Shown here piece after piece: positions 54,374-61,668 of a stretch of 64,000 bases of DNA. Position 1 is the stretch's first letter. Each line of letters opens with the position of its first letter. Made by a program: the position numbers and the translations under genes. The notes beneath the pieces are model-generated. The model had not been told where the DNA came from and did not search any database. It saw nothing but the letters and a program-made list of their open reading frames with translations. Location: contig CAKSHC010000002.1 in assembly GCA_934456365.1 (NCBI GenBank), positions 211,981 through 275,980 on the forward strand, in the 5' to 3' direction. The stretch comes from an uncultured Eubacteriales bacterium. Lineage in GTDB: Bacteria; Bacillota; Clostridia; Oscillospirales; UMGS1783.

Positions 54374-54544
54374 ATGTTGGAATGGCTTTCTCAGAATATC
54401 GGTACGATTGTGGCCTGTCTGGTGCTGGCGCTGATAGTCGCCGGGGTGATCGTCCACCTCGTCCGGCAGCATAAAAAGGGCAAGAAAAGCTGCGGCTGCG
54501 ACTGCGCGCATTGCGCCTTGTCCGGCACCTGCCACAAAGAGTAA
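54374..54544 (+). CDS. FeoB-associated Cys-rich membrane protein
   Basis: 56 aa MLEWLSQNIGTIVACLVLALIVAGVIVHLVRQHKKGKKSCGCDCAHCALSGTCHKE. RBS AAGGGAGG. Absent from the ORF track because it is under 60 aa. Confidence 0.75.
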   Translation: MLEWLSQNIGTIVACLVLALIVAGVIVHLVRQHKKGKKSCGCDCAHCALSGTCHKE

Positions 54545-54580
54545 GAAAAAGGAGGAGCTCTGCGGAGCCCCTCCTTTTTC
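54545..54580. terminator. Bidirectional terminator
   Basis: A6-GGAGGAGCTC-tgcg-GAGCCCCTCC-T5 (one mismatch). Confidence 0.75.
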
Positions 54581-54583
54581 CGT

Positions 54584-55312
54584 TCAGTTCGATTTCTTCT
54601 TTTTCCAAAGGAAATAGCCGCCAAAGCCCAGCCCCGCGCAGAGCACAAGCGCGGCCGGGAAGATCCACCAAAGGAAAGCGTTCTGTTTTTTCTCAGCCTC
54701 CGGCGATTCTGCGATGGGCTCGGGGAGGCTCGGATCTTCGCTCGGCATGGGCTCCGCCTCGCTCGGCCCCGGATCGGAGCTTGCCGGCGGCGCGGGCGTC
54801 CCGGGCTGTTCGGAAACGGCCGGCGGCTCTGGATTTGAGGGCGGCGTGATCGCCGTCTGCGTCTTTTCGATCCGATAGGTGTCGGTCTTGGAGTAGATCT
54901 GATATTCGTGCACATCCAAATATTTGGAGCCGGATTCGCCTTCTTCCGTGGCGTCCCCATCCAAAATGTTGCTGCTCTCAAAATGGTCAAACTTCATGGA
55001 GGAGCTGGTCTGATGATCCAGAATCTTCGCGTCGCCGATCGCCGCGGCCACCCTCGCTTCATAAACAGCCAGCTCGGCTGCCGGCCCGTCTTCGCCCATC
55101 CCGCCTTCCACGAATTCCGATTCGTATTTCACCGTCTTCGTCTCTTCCGAAAGCAGCTCGCCCGCCTCGCTGCGCACCTGCAGCGTGATCTCGGCGCGCC
55201 CCACGATCTGCGTGTGGTAGGTGTGCTTGTAGCCGGAAACGGCCCGGGCCGGCAAAACGAGAGCCCCGGCCGCCAGAAGCCCGGCCAGCAGCCGGGTCAA
55301 ATGCTTTTTCAT
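54584..55312 (-). CDS. Secreted protein with Pro-rich linker and C-terminal TM-KKKK anchor
   Basis: Signal peptide LLAAGALVLPARA. PPSNPEPPAVSEQPGTPAPP linker. FLWWIFPAALVLCAGLGFGGYFLWKKKKSN. Confidence 0.65.
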   Translation of the reverse strand: MKKHLTRLLAGLLAAGALVLPARAVSGYKHTYHTQIVGRAEITLQVRSEAGELLSEETKTVKYESEFVEGGMGEDGPAAELAVYEARVAAAIGDAKILDHQTSSSMKFDHFESSNILDGDATEEGESGSKYLDVHEYQIYSKTDTYRIEKTQTAITPPSNPEPPAVSEQPGTPAPPASSDPGPSEAEPMPSEDPSLPEPIAESPEAEKKQNAFLWWIFPAALVLCAGLGFGGYFLWKKKKSN

Positions 55313-55462
55313 AAAATCCCTCCCGTAAAAATTTTTTTCAGTCTATCGGAAAACGAGAAAAGAAGCAAGAGAAATTTCCGAACTGGCACGGGCCAATTCG
55401 GAAATCAAAAAAGTATTGCACCGCAAAAGGGAAAGGCGTATACTGTCGCTGAGGTGAGAAAA

Positions 55463-55876
55463 ATGTGGTTTGTCTGCGCGCTTCTTTCTTCTGTTTTCGC
55501 AGCCCTGACCTCGATTTTGGCCAAGGTAGGCCTCGGCGGCATCCCTTCGCATCTGGCCACCGCGCTGCGCACCGGCGTGGTGCTCCTGATGGCCTGGGGC
55601 ATGGTTTTGCTGACAGGGCAGGGCGCTTCGATCGGCGCCATCGATAAAAAAAGCTGGATCTTCCTGATCGCTTCGGGCTTGGCCACCGGCGCCTCCTGGC
55701 TCTTCTATTATCGCGCCCTCCAGCTCGGCAAGGTCAGCCAGGTCGCCCCGGTCGATAAGCTCAGCGTGGTGCTCACGCTGATTTTAGCCGTCGTCTTCCT
55801 GCATGAAAAGTTCGACTGGAAATCGCTCGTCGGCTGTATCCTCATCGGCGGCGGCACCGTTCTGATGGTTCTGTAA
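55463..55876 (+). CDS. EamA-like (DMT superfamily) half-size transporter
   Basis: 137 aa, 4-5 TM helices, VSQVAPVDKLSVVLTLILAVVFLHEK. Promoter TTGCAC, 17 nt, TATACT upstream. Confidence 0.8.
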   Translation: MWFVCALLSSVFAALTSILAKVGLGGIPSHLATALRTGVVLLMAWGMVLLTGQGASIGAIDKKSWIFLIASGLATGASWLFYYRALQLGKVSQVAPVDKLSVVLTLILAVVFLHEKFDWKSLVGCILIGGGTVLMVL

Positions 55877-55877
55877 A

Positions 55878-55912
55878 AGAAAAAAGGAGCTCCCGCGGGA
55901 ACTCCTTTTTTT
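55878..55912. terminator. Bidirectional terminator
   Basis: A-run, GGAGCTCCC-gcg-GGAACTCC, T7 (one mismatch). Confidence 0.7.
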
Positions 55913-55916
55913 ATGG

Positions 55917-56651
55917 TCAGATCGTGGTGGTCGAGGGTTCCACATACTGATTTTCGGCAATGGAAAGCAGCAGCGCGCCCTCCTGCTCGGTCGCCGGATA
56001 CAGGGGCGCCTCGTCCGCGAAAGCCGATTCCCCCTCAATGCTCAGGTAAACGATCCCCGTGTCCAGATCCCGGAGGATCTGCACCTTGTAGTCCACCGCC
56101 ACCAAAGGCCCGATCAGGCAGCTGACATCCTCGATCGGCGCAATGAATTCCCGGCGATCGTCCACCGAGGCCGCCCTCCGCCGCAAAACAGCCAGAAGCG
56201 CCTGCTTCTGCTCCTCCTGAATGGGAACCTGCACCGTAATGCCGCTCTCCCCGGTCGGGCGCAGCTTGGTCGTCGCATACACCCGCCGCTCAGGCTCGCG
56301 CAGCATCTGCACATACTCCTCGTAACAGCTCTCCTCCACATAAACCGCAAAATCCATGTGGGTAAACAGAATGGCCGTCCGATCGTCGGAAATCATGATC
56401 TGATTCCCCGCAACCCCCGACAGCAGAACCGGAATCTCCGGATCGTTCACACAGTTCCCCGTCGTGGCAGGGTTGTAAAAATAAGTGTTTTCCAGGCCGA
56501 TCGGCCGGTAAACCTTCCCGCCCAGAATCAGATTTCCATCCTTCTGATAGGCCATATTGCGCTTCATTTCATCCAGCTGATGGCACCCCGCCAAAGAAAA
56601 GCATACAATGCCCAGAAGCAAAGCAGCGGCCCAACGTTTCCATGTTTTCAT
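55917..56651 (-). CDS. Lipoprotein of unknown function
   Basis: Lipobox FSLAGC. Last gene of the GntR-ABC operon. Confidence 0.7.
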   Translation of the reverse strand: MKTWKRWAAALLLGIVCFSLAGCHQLDEMKRNMAYQKDGNLILGGKVYRPIGLENTYFYNPATTGNCVNDPEIPVLLSGVAGNQIMISDDRTAILFTHMDFAVYVEESCYEEYVQMLREPERRVYATTKLRPTGESGITVQVPIQEEQKQALLAVLRRRAASVDDRREFIAPIEDVSCLIGPLVAVDYKVQILRDLDTGIVYLSIEGESAFADEAPLYPATEQEGALLLSIAENQYVEPSTTTI

Positions 56652-56663
56652 GCTCGCGCCTCC

Positions 56664-57476
56664 TTATTCGAGGTTCAGGTGCTTCCGCAGGGTCTGCACC
56701 GTGATCAGATAGTAAATTCCGCCCAGGATCGCATTCCAAACCATCCCGCCGATCAGCAGAAGATGCACAAACAGCCGCGGAGACGTCGCGGCAAACCGCG
56801 AAAGCTCATCCAAAAGAGGCGGCTGCTCGGTCGAGAGCGTGAGGAAGATTAGCAGGATCGTCCCCAAAAGCTGACGCACGAAGTAGTAGCCCATGAAAAT
56901 GCCCACCGCCGCCAGAAACCGGGCCCGCCGCGCCCGCTGTCCCAAGGCCAGGCAGGCGTAAAAGAGCAGATAAAGAGAGCAGGAAGCAAAGAAAAGAATC
57001 CCCAAAGCCTCCAAAACATAGCCCGCAAAATTCCAGCCAACCCCGCGCCAGGCCAGCTTGCAGAGATAGCCGCCCGCCGCCAGAAGCTCGTAAAACACAT
57101 CGCCCGCCGTCGCGATCGCCACGGCTAAAATCAGGGTCGCAAAGGTGCAGAGCGTCGCCAGAATCGCCGCGAAAAGCTTGGCCCGCACATGCTGCTCGGT
57201 CGTGGCCGGCAGCGTGAAGGAAAGATAGCCCTCGCCCGAGAAAAGATTGCGATAAAAATGGCTGATGGAAATCACCACCGTCATCACGCATAAAACCACT
57301 CCCGCCACCACCAGCGCCGTGATCGAGGAATTCGAAAGAATGGAGAAAACGGTCGTCTCCGTTTCAAAGAAGAAGAGCACCCTTGTCAGCGCCGCCAAAG
57401 CAAGCACCACAATCTGCGCCGGCAGAAGCGTGCGGAAAAAGGCGATCATCTCGTATTTCATCAATTTCCTTACCAT
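56664..57476 (-). CDS. ABC-2 type transporter permease (unknown substrate)
   Basis: 270 aa, about 6 TM helices. Overlaps the ATPase gene by 7 nt. Confidence 0.7.
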   Translation of the reverse strand: MVRKLMKYEMIAFFRTLLPAQIVVLALAALTRVLFFFETETTVFSILSNSSITALVVAGVVLCVMTVVISISHFYRNLFSGEGYLSFTLPATTEQHVRAKLFAAILATLCTFATLILAVAIATAGDVFYELLAAGGYLCKLAWRGVGWNFAGYVLEALGILFFASCSLYLLFYACLALGQRARRARFLAAVGIFMGYYFVRQLLGTILLIFLTLSTEQPPLLDELSRFAATSPRLFVHLLLIGGMVWNAILGGIYYLITVQTLRKHLNLE

Positions 57477-58168
57477 CGGAACACCTCCCGGAACACTTCG
57501 TCCACACTCTTGCCCCGCTCGGCGCGCAGCGCGTCAACCTCCGCCTGCAAAACAATCCGCCCGCGGTCAATGAAAATCACCTCATCCAGAACCGATTCGA
57601 TGTCGGCGATCAGATGCGTCGAGATCAAAACGGTCGAGGAAGGGTCGTAGTTTGATAAGATCGTGGAGATCACATAATCGCGCGTCGCCGGGTCCACCCC
57701 CGCGATCGGCTCGTCCAAAACATAAAGCGAGGCCTTGCGCGCCATCGTCAGGATCAGGCAAACCTTCTCCTTATTCCCCTTGGAAAGAGTCTTGAGTGCG
57801 CGGTTTTCGTCGATCCCGAGCCGCGCCAGCATCTCACAGGCCGCCTCCCGCCGGAAATCCGGATAAAAATCGCAGAAATAGTCCAGAAGTCGCCGCACCG
57901 TCATCCAGCTGTTGAGATAAACCTGATCCGGCAGATACGCCACAACCCGCTTGCTTTCCACTCCCGGCGCATGGCCGCACACCGTGATCGTGCCCGCCGT
58001 GGGCGTGATCAGCCCGTTGATCAGCTTGATCAGCGTCGTCTTGCCCGAGCCGTTGGGCCCCAAAAGCCCCACGATCCGCCCCGCCTGCAGGCGAATGTCC
58101 ACTCCGTCCAATGCCGTGATCGCCCCGAAGGTCTTTGTCAGCCCTTCGGCTTTCAAGCATTCACTCAT
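57470..58168 (-). CDS. ABC transporter ATP-binding protein
   Basis: Walker A GPNGSGKTT, signature LSKGNKEK, Walker B LYVLDEP. Confidence 0.93.
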   Translation of the reverse strand: MSECLKAEGLTKTFGAITALDGVDIRLQAGRIVGLLGPNGSGKTTLIKLINGLITPTAGTITVCGHAPGVESKRVVAYLPDQVYLNSWMTVRRLLDYFCDFYPDFRREAACEMLARLGIDENRALKTLSKGNKEKVCLILTMARKASLYVLDEPIAGVDPATRDYVISTILSNYDPSSTVLISTHLIADIESVLDEVIFIDRGRIVLQAEVDALRAERGKSVDEVFREVFRW

Positions 58169-58523
58169 GTTTCCACTCCTTTACCAGTTGTTTGGTTTCT
58201 TCTTCGCTCAATCCAAGGCGCGCCATGTCGGAAAAGTAGCGGCGGGTCGTTTCCTCCCGGCGCTCGGCCACCGCCGTCCGGGCCACATCCGTCCGGTCGC
58301 TCACATACCACCCCGAGCCCCGCACCGAATAAATCAGCCCCTTCTCCTGCATCCCTTCAAAGGTCTTCTGCACCGTGTTCGGGTTTACCCCCGCCAGAAG
58401 CGCCACCTCGCGCACCGAATAGAGCCGGTCTCCCGCCCGAAGCTCGCCCGAGGCGATCTTCACACTCAGCTCCTGCGCGATCTGCTCGCCCAGCGGCCGG
58501 CTTTTGTCCAGCGTCCAGCTCAT
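58161..58523 (-). CDS. GntR family (YtrA-like) transcriptional regulator
   Basis: LYSVREVALLAGVNPNTVQKTFEGMQEKGLIYSVRGSGWYV. Confidence 0.9.
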   Translation of the reverse strand: MSWTLDKSRPLGEQIAQELSVKIASGELRAGDRLYSVREVALLAGVNPNTVQKTFEGMQEKGLIYSVRGSGWYVSDRTDVARTAVAERREETTRRYFSDMARLGLSEEETKQLVKEWKHE

Positions 58524-58590
58524 GCCCTTCCTCCTTTCTGAATTGTACTACTTTACTATTACAGTAATACAGTTTTCCCCGTTTGTCAAG

Positions 58591-58628
58591 AAAAAATTTC
58601 CCGAAGAAGGAAATTTCCTTCTTCGGGA
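58591..58628 (-). terminator. Terminator after the ArsR-family gene
   Basis: Perfect 15-bp palindrome TCCCGAAGAAGGAAA/TTTCCTTCTTCGGGA, followed on the minus strand by ATTTTTT. Confidence 0.8.
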
Positions 58629-58644
58629 GAAATTGCGGCAAATA

Positions 58645-59013
58645 TCAAAGCCAGGGCACGAAATCGTCTTTTTTGCGGGGCTTGGGAGCCGGCTTTTCCG
58701 GCGCGGGCTCGGCAGCGGGAGCCGCCGGAGCAGGGGAGGGAGCGGGCGGCGCGATGGCGGCCAGCGCCTCGTAAACCCGGTCGAGCCCCGAAGGGGAGAG
58801 GCGGTAGAAGGTCCACTTCCCGTTTTTGCGGGTCGAGCAAAGCCCGGCCTCGGTGAGGGTTTTCATATGGTGGGAGAGGGTGGATTGGCCAACGCTCACA
58901 CAGTCCAGCAGCTCGGCGGCCGTCTTTTCGCCGTCGCGCAAAGCGGCGAGGATCTGCAGACGGTTGTGATCGGCCAGCGCGCGCAGCGTTTCGGCGCAAA
59001 GAGTCCATTCCAT
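58645..59013 (-). CDS. ArsR/SmtB family transcriptional regulator with Pro/Ala-rich tail
   Basis: LADHNRLQILAALRDGEKTAAELLDCVSVGQSTLSHHMKTLTEAGL. Start at ATG 59013. Confidence 0.88.
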   Translation of the reverse strand: MEWTLCAETLRALADHNRLQILAALRDGEKTAAELLDCVSVGQSTLSHHMKTLTEAGLCSTRKNGKWTFYRLSPSGLDRVYEALAAIAPPAPSPAPAAPAAEPAPEKPAPKPRKKDDFVPWL

Positions 59014-59075
59014 AAAGAGCACCCCTTTCTTTTCTCCAGTATAGCGTAGGGCGCCGGAAAAGTCAAACGGAAAAG

Positions 59076-59107
59076 AAAAAAGGCAGGGCATAAAGCCCCG
59101 CCTTTTT
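59076..59107 (-). terminator. Terminator after the csp gene
   Basis: GGCAGGGC-ataaa-GCCCCGCC (one mismatch) flanked by A6 and T5. Confidence 0.7.
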
Positions 59108-59117
59108 GCCGGTTCTC

Positions 59118-59327
59118 TTACTCAGGAATGACGTTGACCGCGCGCAGCTTGCTCGCGTTCTTGGGATCCTGCTCGGTTTCGAAGGAAACCTTCTGGCCCT
59201 CGTTGAGGGTCTTGAAGCCGTCGACCTGGATCGCGGAGAAATGCACAAAAACATCCTCGCCGCCTTCATCGTTGGCGATGAAGCCATAGCCCTTTTCTGC
59301 ATTGAACCATTTGACAGTACCGGTCAT
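59118..59327 (-). CDS. cspA: Cold-shock protein (CspA family)
   Basis: [17 protein letters not shown]...DVFVHFSAI (RNP1 and RNP2 motifs). Confidence 0.95.
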   Translation of the reverse strand: MTGTVKWFNAEKGYGFIANDEGGEDVFVHFSAIQVDGFKTLNEGQKVSFETEQDPKNASKLRAVNVIPE

Positions 59328-59370
59328 GTTACCGTACCTCCAATAAAATGTTATTCCGATCGAAGGCTAT

Positions 59371-59428
59371 AAAAAACTCACATTTTGTGTAAATCATCAA
59401 CGAACGAATGACTTACATAAAATGTGAG
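59371..59428 (-). promoter_or_regulatory. Terminator-like hairpin inside the csp 5' leader
   Basis: 16-bp arms CTCACATTTTATGTAA / TTACACAAAATGTGAG (one mismatch) with a 20-nt loop, followed by U6. About 45 nt upstream of the csp ATG. Confidence 0.5.
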
Positions 59429-59457
59429 TCGTACAGCGCTGTTCAGAACACGCGTTT

Positions 59458-59487
59458 AGTGTATCACGCCCTTTCCCGTTTTGTCAA
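59458..59487 (-). promoter_or_regulatory. Sigma-A promoter of csp
   Basis: Minus strand TTGACA (59487-59482), 18 nt, TACACT (59463-59458). Confidence 0.6.
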
Positions 59488-59505
59488 GCGGAAAAAGAGA
59501 AAAAT

Positions 59506-59961
59506 TCAGCCCGGATAGGAAAAACCATGCAGGAATCCGTTGAGCGCCACCGAGCAGATATCCCCCGCAATCACCCGGTCGCGGTAAAGGAAAAGATGCG
59601 CGAAAACCTCGCCGTCAAACCCCGGATAATTGACCACCCGATAGGTGTAGCGGCGCACAGTCATCCCCCGGTAGGGAGTCAGATCCAGCCCCTGAGCCGT
59701 CTGAATGTCGTTGTAGGATTGGTAGGTCGCGTCAAATTCGGCCGGGATGATGACCTGCAGAATTTCGGTCGGCTCTTCCTGCGCCTCCCAGCCGTAACCG
59801 GCCAAAAATTGCAGCCGCCCGGCGTTGTCCGAAAGGGGAGCGGATGCCGGAAGAGCCGCCTTGGGCGAAAAAAGAGCCGCCGCCGTGGCTAAAAGCGCCA
59901 GGCAGATCGCCCCCGCCGCCGAAAGAAACTGCTTTTTCAGATGAACGGTGCGCACAAACAT
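59506..59961 (-). CDS. DUF4830 domain protein
   Basis: N-terminal TM helix, then NAGRLQFLAGYGWEAQEEPTEILQVIIPAEFDATYQSYNDIQTAQGLDL. Start at ATG 59961 behind GGAGGGA. Confidence 0.8.
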   Translation of the reverse strand: MFVRTVHLKKQFLSAAGAICLALLATAAALFSPKAALPASAPLSDNAGRLQFLAGYGWEAQEEPTEILQVIIPAEFDATYQSYNDIQTAQGLDLTPYRGMTVRRYTYRVVNYPGFDGEVFAHLFLYRDRVIAGDICSVALNGFLHGFSYPG

Positions 59962-60052
59962 CAAAAATCCCTCCGTTTCCCTTTCAATATATCGCCCCCG
60001 GCGGGATATTATGACCGGGACGGGCATAGGATGGACAGGGGGTGAGAAGAAA

Positions 60053-60304
60053 ATGAAGGAAATTCTTCCGGTCATCGGAGTGGTCGTCGGCGCCGTCTTG
60101 CTGCTGGGCGGCCTGATCTGGCTCGCGTTTCGGCAGCGTGCCGTCTTTTTCGCCGCCCTTTTGGGCGTCGGCGGCCTGCTTTTGCTCAACGCCACTGCCG
60201 CCTGGACCGGCGTTTCGGGCGGAAATTCGCTCTTTTCCGGCCTCATCGGAGCCGTTTTGGGGCTTCCCGGCCTGGCTGTTTTGCTTTTTTTGCGCCTTCT
60301 TTGA
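60053..60304 (+). CDS. bofA: BofA-like pro-sigma-K processing inhibitor
   Basis: 83 aa, 2-3 TM helices. C-terminal GLIGAVLGLPGLAVLLFL resembles the BofA GxPG motif. Start at ATG 60053. Confidence 0.65.
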   Translation: MKEILPVIGVVVGAVLLLGGLIWLAFRQRAVFFAALLGVGGLLLLNATAAWTGVSGGNSLFSGLIGAVLGLPGLAVLLFLRLL

Positions 60305-60323
60305 AATTTTTTTCGAAAAAAGG

Positions 60324-60352
60324 TTGATTTTTCTTTCCGTGTGTGGTATTCT
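60324..60352 (+). promoter_or_regulatory. Promoter of tRNA-Arg
   Basis: TTGATT (60324-60329), 17 nt, TGgTATTCT (60344-60352). Confidence 0.55.
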
Positions 60353-60369
60353 TTTTGAGCACGGAAAAT

Positions 60370-60446
60370 GCGCTATTAGCTCAGCTGGATAGAGTGACTG
60401 GCTACGGACCAGTAGGTCAGGGGTTCGAATCCCTTATAGCGCGCCA
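60370..60446 (+). tRNA. tRNA-Arg (anticodon ACG), CCA encoded
   Basis: Acceptor GCGCTAT/ATAGCGC, anticodon stem ACTGG/CCAGT, loop CTACGGA, T-loop GGTTCGAATCC. Confidence 0.92.
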
Positions 60447-60486
60447 CGTCGTCGCGGACTTCACTTGTTCGCGACGACGTTTTTTG
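60447..60486 (+). terminator. Terminator of tRNA-Arg
   Basis: 11-bp stem ACGTCGTCGCG/CGCGACGACGT followed by TTTTTG. Confidence 0.85.
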
Positions 60487-60775
60487 TTTCTCAAAAAACA
60501 CGCCATCCCTGTTGCGGTGCCCGTCTTTTTCGGCGCTCGCAGCGCTCGCTTGAAAAATTCGACCGCGGCCACTCGCTCGCCTCCCTTTTTCCGCCACCGG
60601 CGGCGGTCGGCTCGCTCCCCTCCTTTCGACGCGTAAAATGCTTAGTCTATTCTATCGAATGGCGCGCCTCGCGCGCCTACCTCAATTCCTCATTTCTCAT
60701 TCCTCATTGCCCTTCCTGCGCGCCTACCTCAATTCCTCATTTCTCATTTCTCATTCCTCATTGCCCTTTTCTCGC
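60487..60775 (+). repeat. tRNA-downstream repeat family A, copy 2, with tandemly duplicated terminal module
   Basis: Core 60508-60630 matches the reverse complement of 2679-2801. The terminal module GCGCGCCTACCTCAATTCCTCATTTCTCATT... is present twice (60671-60717 and 60718-60771), with 3 versus 4 CTCATTY heptads. Confidence 0.75.
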
Positions 60776-60800
60776 ACCAAGGCCCCCTTGTTAATGGGGG

Positions 60801-60832
60801 AGCGAACCGGCCCCGCCCGGTTCGCTTTTTCT
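60801..60832 (+). terminator. Second terminator closing the repeat-A region
   Basis: AGCGAACCGG-ccccgc-CCGGTTCGCT followed by TTTTCTT. Confidence 0.7.
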
Positions 60833-60853
60833 TGTCAAAAGGAATCTCCTGTT

Positions 60854-60926
60854 TTGACATTTAGTGCTTGTCATTTCGGAAAGAATGTGCTATACTTTGC
60901 CTATGAATGACATTCAGTAAATGTCA
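60854..60926 (+). promoter_or_regulatory. Promoter/operator cassette copy 1 (TGACA-N9-TGTCA x2)
   Basis: TTGTCA (60868-60873), 17 nt, TGcTATACT (60888-60896). Operators at 60855-60873 and 60908-60926. About 85% identical to 61574-61646. Confidence 0.6.
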
Positions 60927-60959
60927 TTCAACTTTCAAAAGAGAAAAGGAGAGCAAAAA

Positions 60960-61280
60960 ATGAGGTATTCGATCGGGGATAAAATCAAGGTGTGCGCCCA
61001 TGTGATCCTGGGCGTGGGGCTGGCGGTGCTTCTCTTTGCCGCGCTGAAATACAATGCCTTTATGATCCTCTATTTCGGAGGCTTTTCCATGGTGGCCGTT
61101 TGGCTTTCCATGTATGGCTTCGGCGAAACGCTGGACGCCAACACCCAGCTGAGAGACGATCTGCAGGAGATCCGCCGGGAGCTGGCGGCCCGCAGGGAAA
61201 TTCCCGGCGCCGATCCCCGGCGGGAGTTTGTCTTTGATCCGGGAAGGGATCTGCCGTCCGATCCTCCCGCACAGGAGTAA
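60960..61280 (+). CDS. Small membrane protein (2 TM) with charged C-terminal tail
   Basis: 106 aa from ATG 60960 behind AAAGGAGAG. No family recognised. Confidence 0.6.
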   Translation: MRYSIGDKIKVCAHVILGVGLAVLLFAALKYNAFMILYFGGFSMVAVWLSMYGFGETLDANTQLRDDLQEIRRELAARREIPGADPRREFVFDPGRDLPSDPPAQE

Positions 61281-61287
61281 AGAAGCG

Positions 61288-61317
61288 AAAAGAAGCCGCC
61301 CGGATCGGGCGGCTTCT
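61288..61317. terminator. Hairpin terminator between convergent genes
   Basis: 12-bp stem AGAAGCCGCCCG/CGGGCGGCTTCT with a 3-nt loop and a T run on the minus strand. Confidence 0.65.
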
Positions 61318-61559
61318 CAGGCTTTCAGCAATTCTTCGAAGGAGCGGTTCAGCGCCTTTGTCAACGCCACCAGCTCAATATCCGTCACAAACCGCTGCCC
61401 CGATTCCATGCGCTGAATGGCATTTTTATCCACATCCAGCCCGATCAGCTGCAGGCGGTCGGCCAGCGCCCGCTGCGAAAGCCCCAGCTCCTTGCGAAAG
61501 GCCGCCACATTCTTCCCGCAGAGGTTATTCTTGTGGTCGCTCGTCTTGTTGATAAACAT
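61317..61559 (-). CDS. XRE-family HTH transcriptional regulator
   Basis: GKNVAAFRKELGLSQRALADRLQLIGLDVDKNAIQRMESGQR. Start at ATG 61559 behind GGAGGTGG; the track start at 61580 lacks an RBS. Confidence 0.85.
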   Translation of the reverse strand: MFINKTSDHKNNLCGKNVAAFRKELGLSQRALADRLQLIGLDVDKNAIQRMESGQRFVTDIELVALTKALNRSFEELLKA

Positions 61560-61573
61560 CTTCCACCTCCGAT

Positions 61574-61646
61574 TTGACATTTAGTGCTTGTCAATATCGA
61601 AAGTATATGCTATAATGCCTGTTGATATGACATTCACTGAATGTTA
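61574..61646 (+). promoter_or_regulatory. Promoter/operator cassette copy 2 (TGACA-N9-TGTCA / TGACA-N9-TGTTA)
   Basis: TTGTCA (61588-61593), 17 nt, TGcTATAAT (61608-61616). Operators at 61575-61593 and 61628-61646. Divergent from the XRE gene. Confidence 0.6.
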
Positions 61647-61668
61647 AAAACGTTGTGTGAGGTGGATT

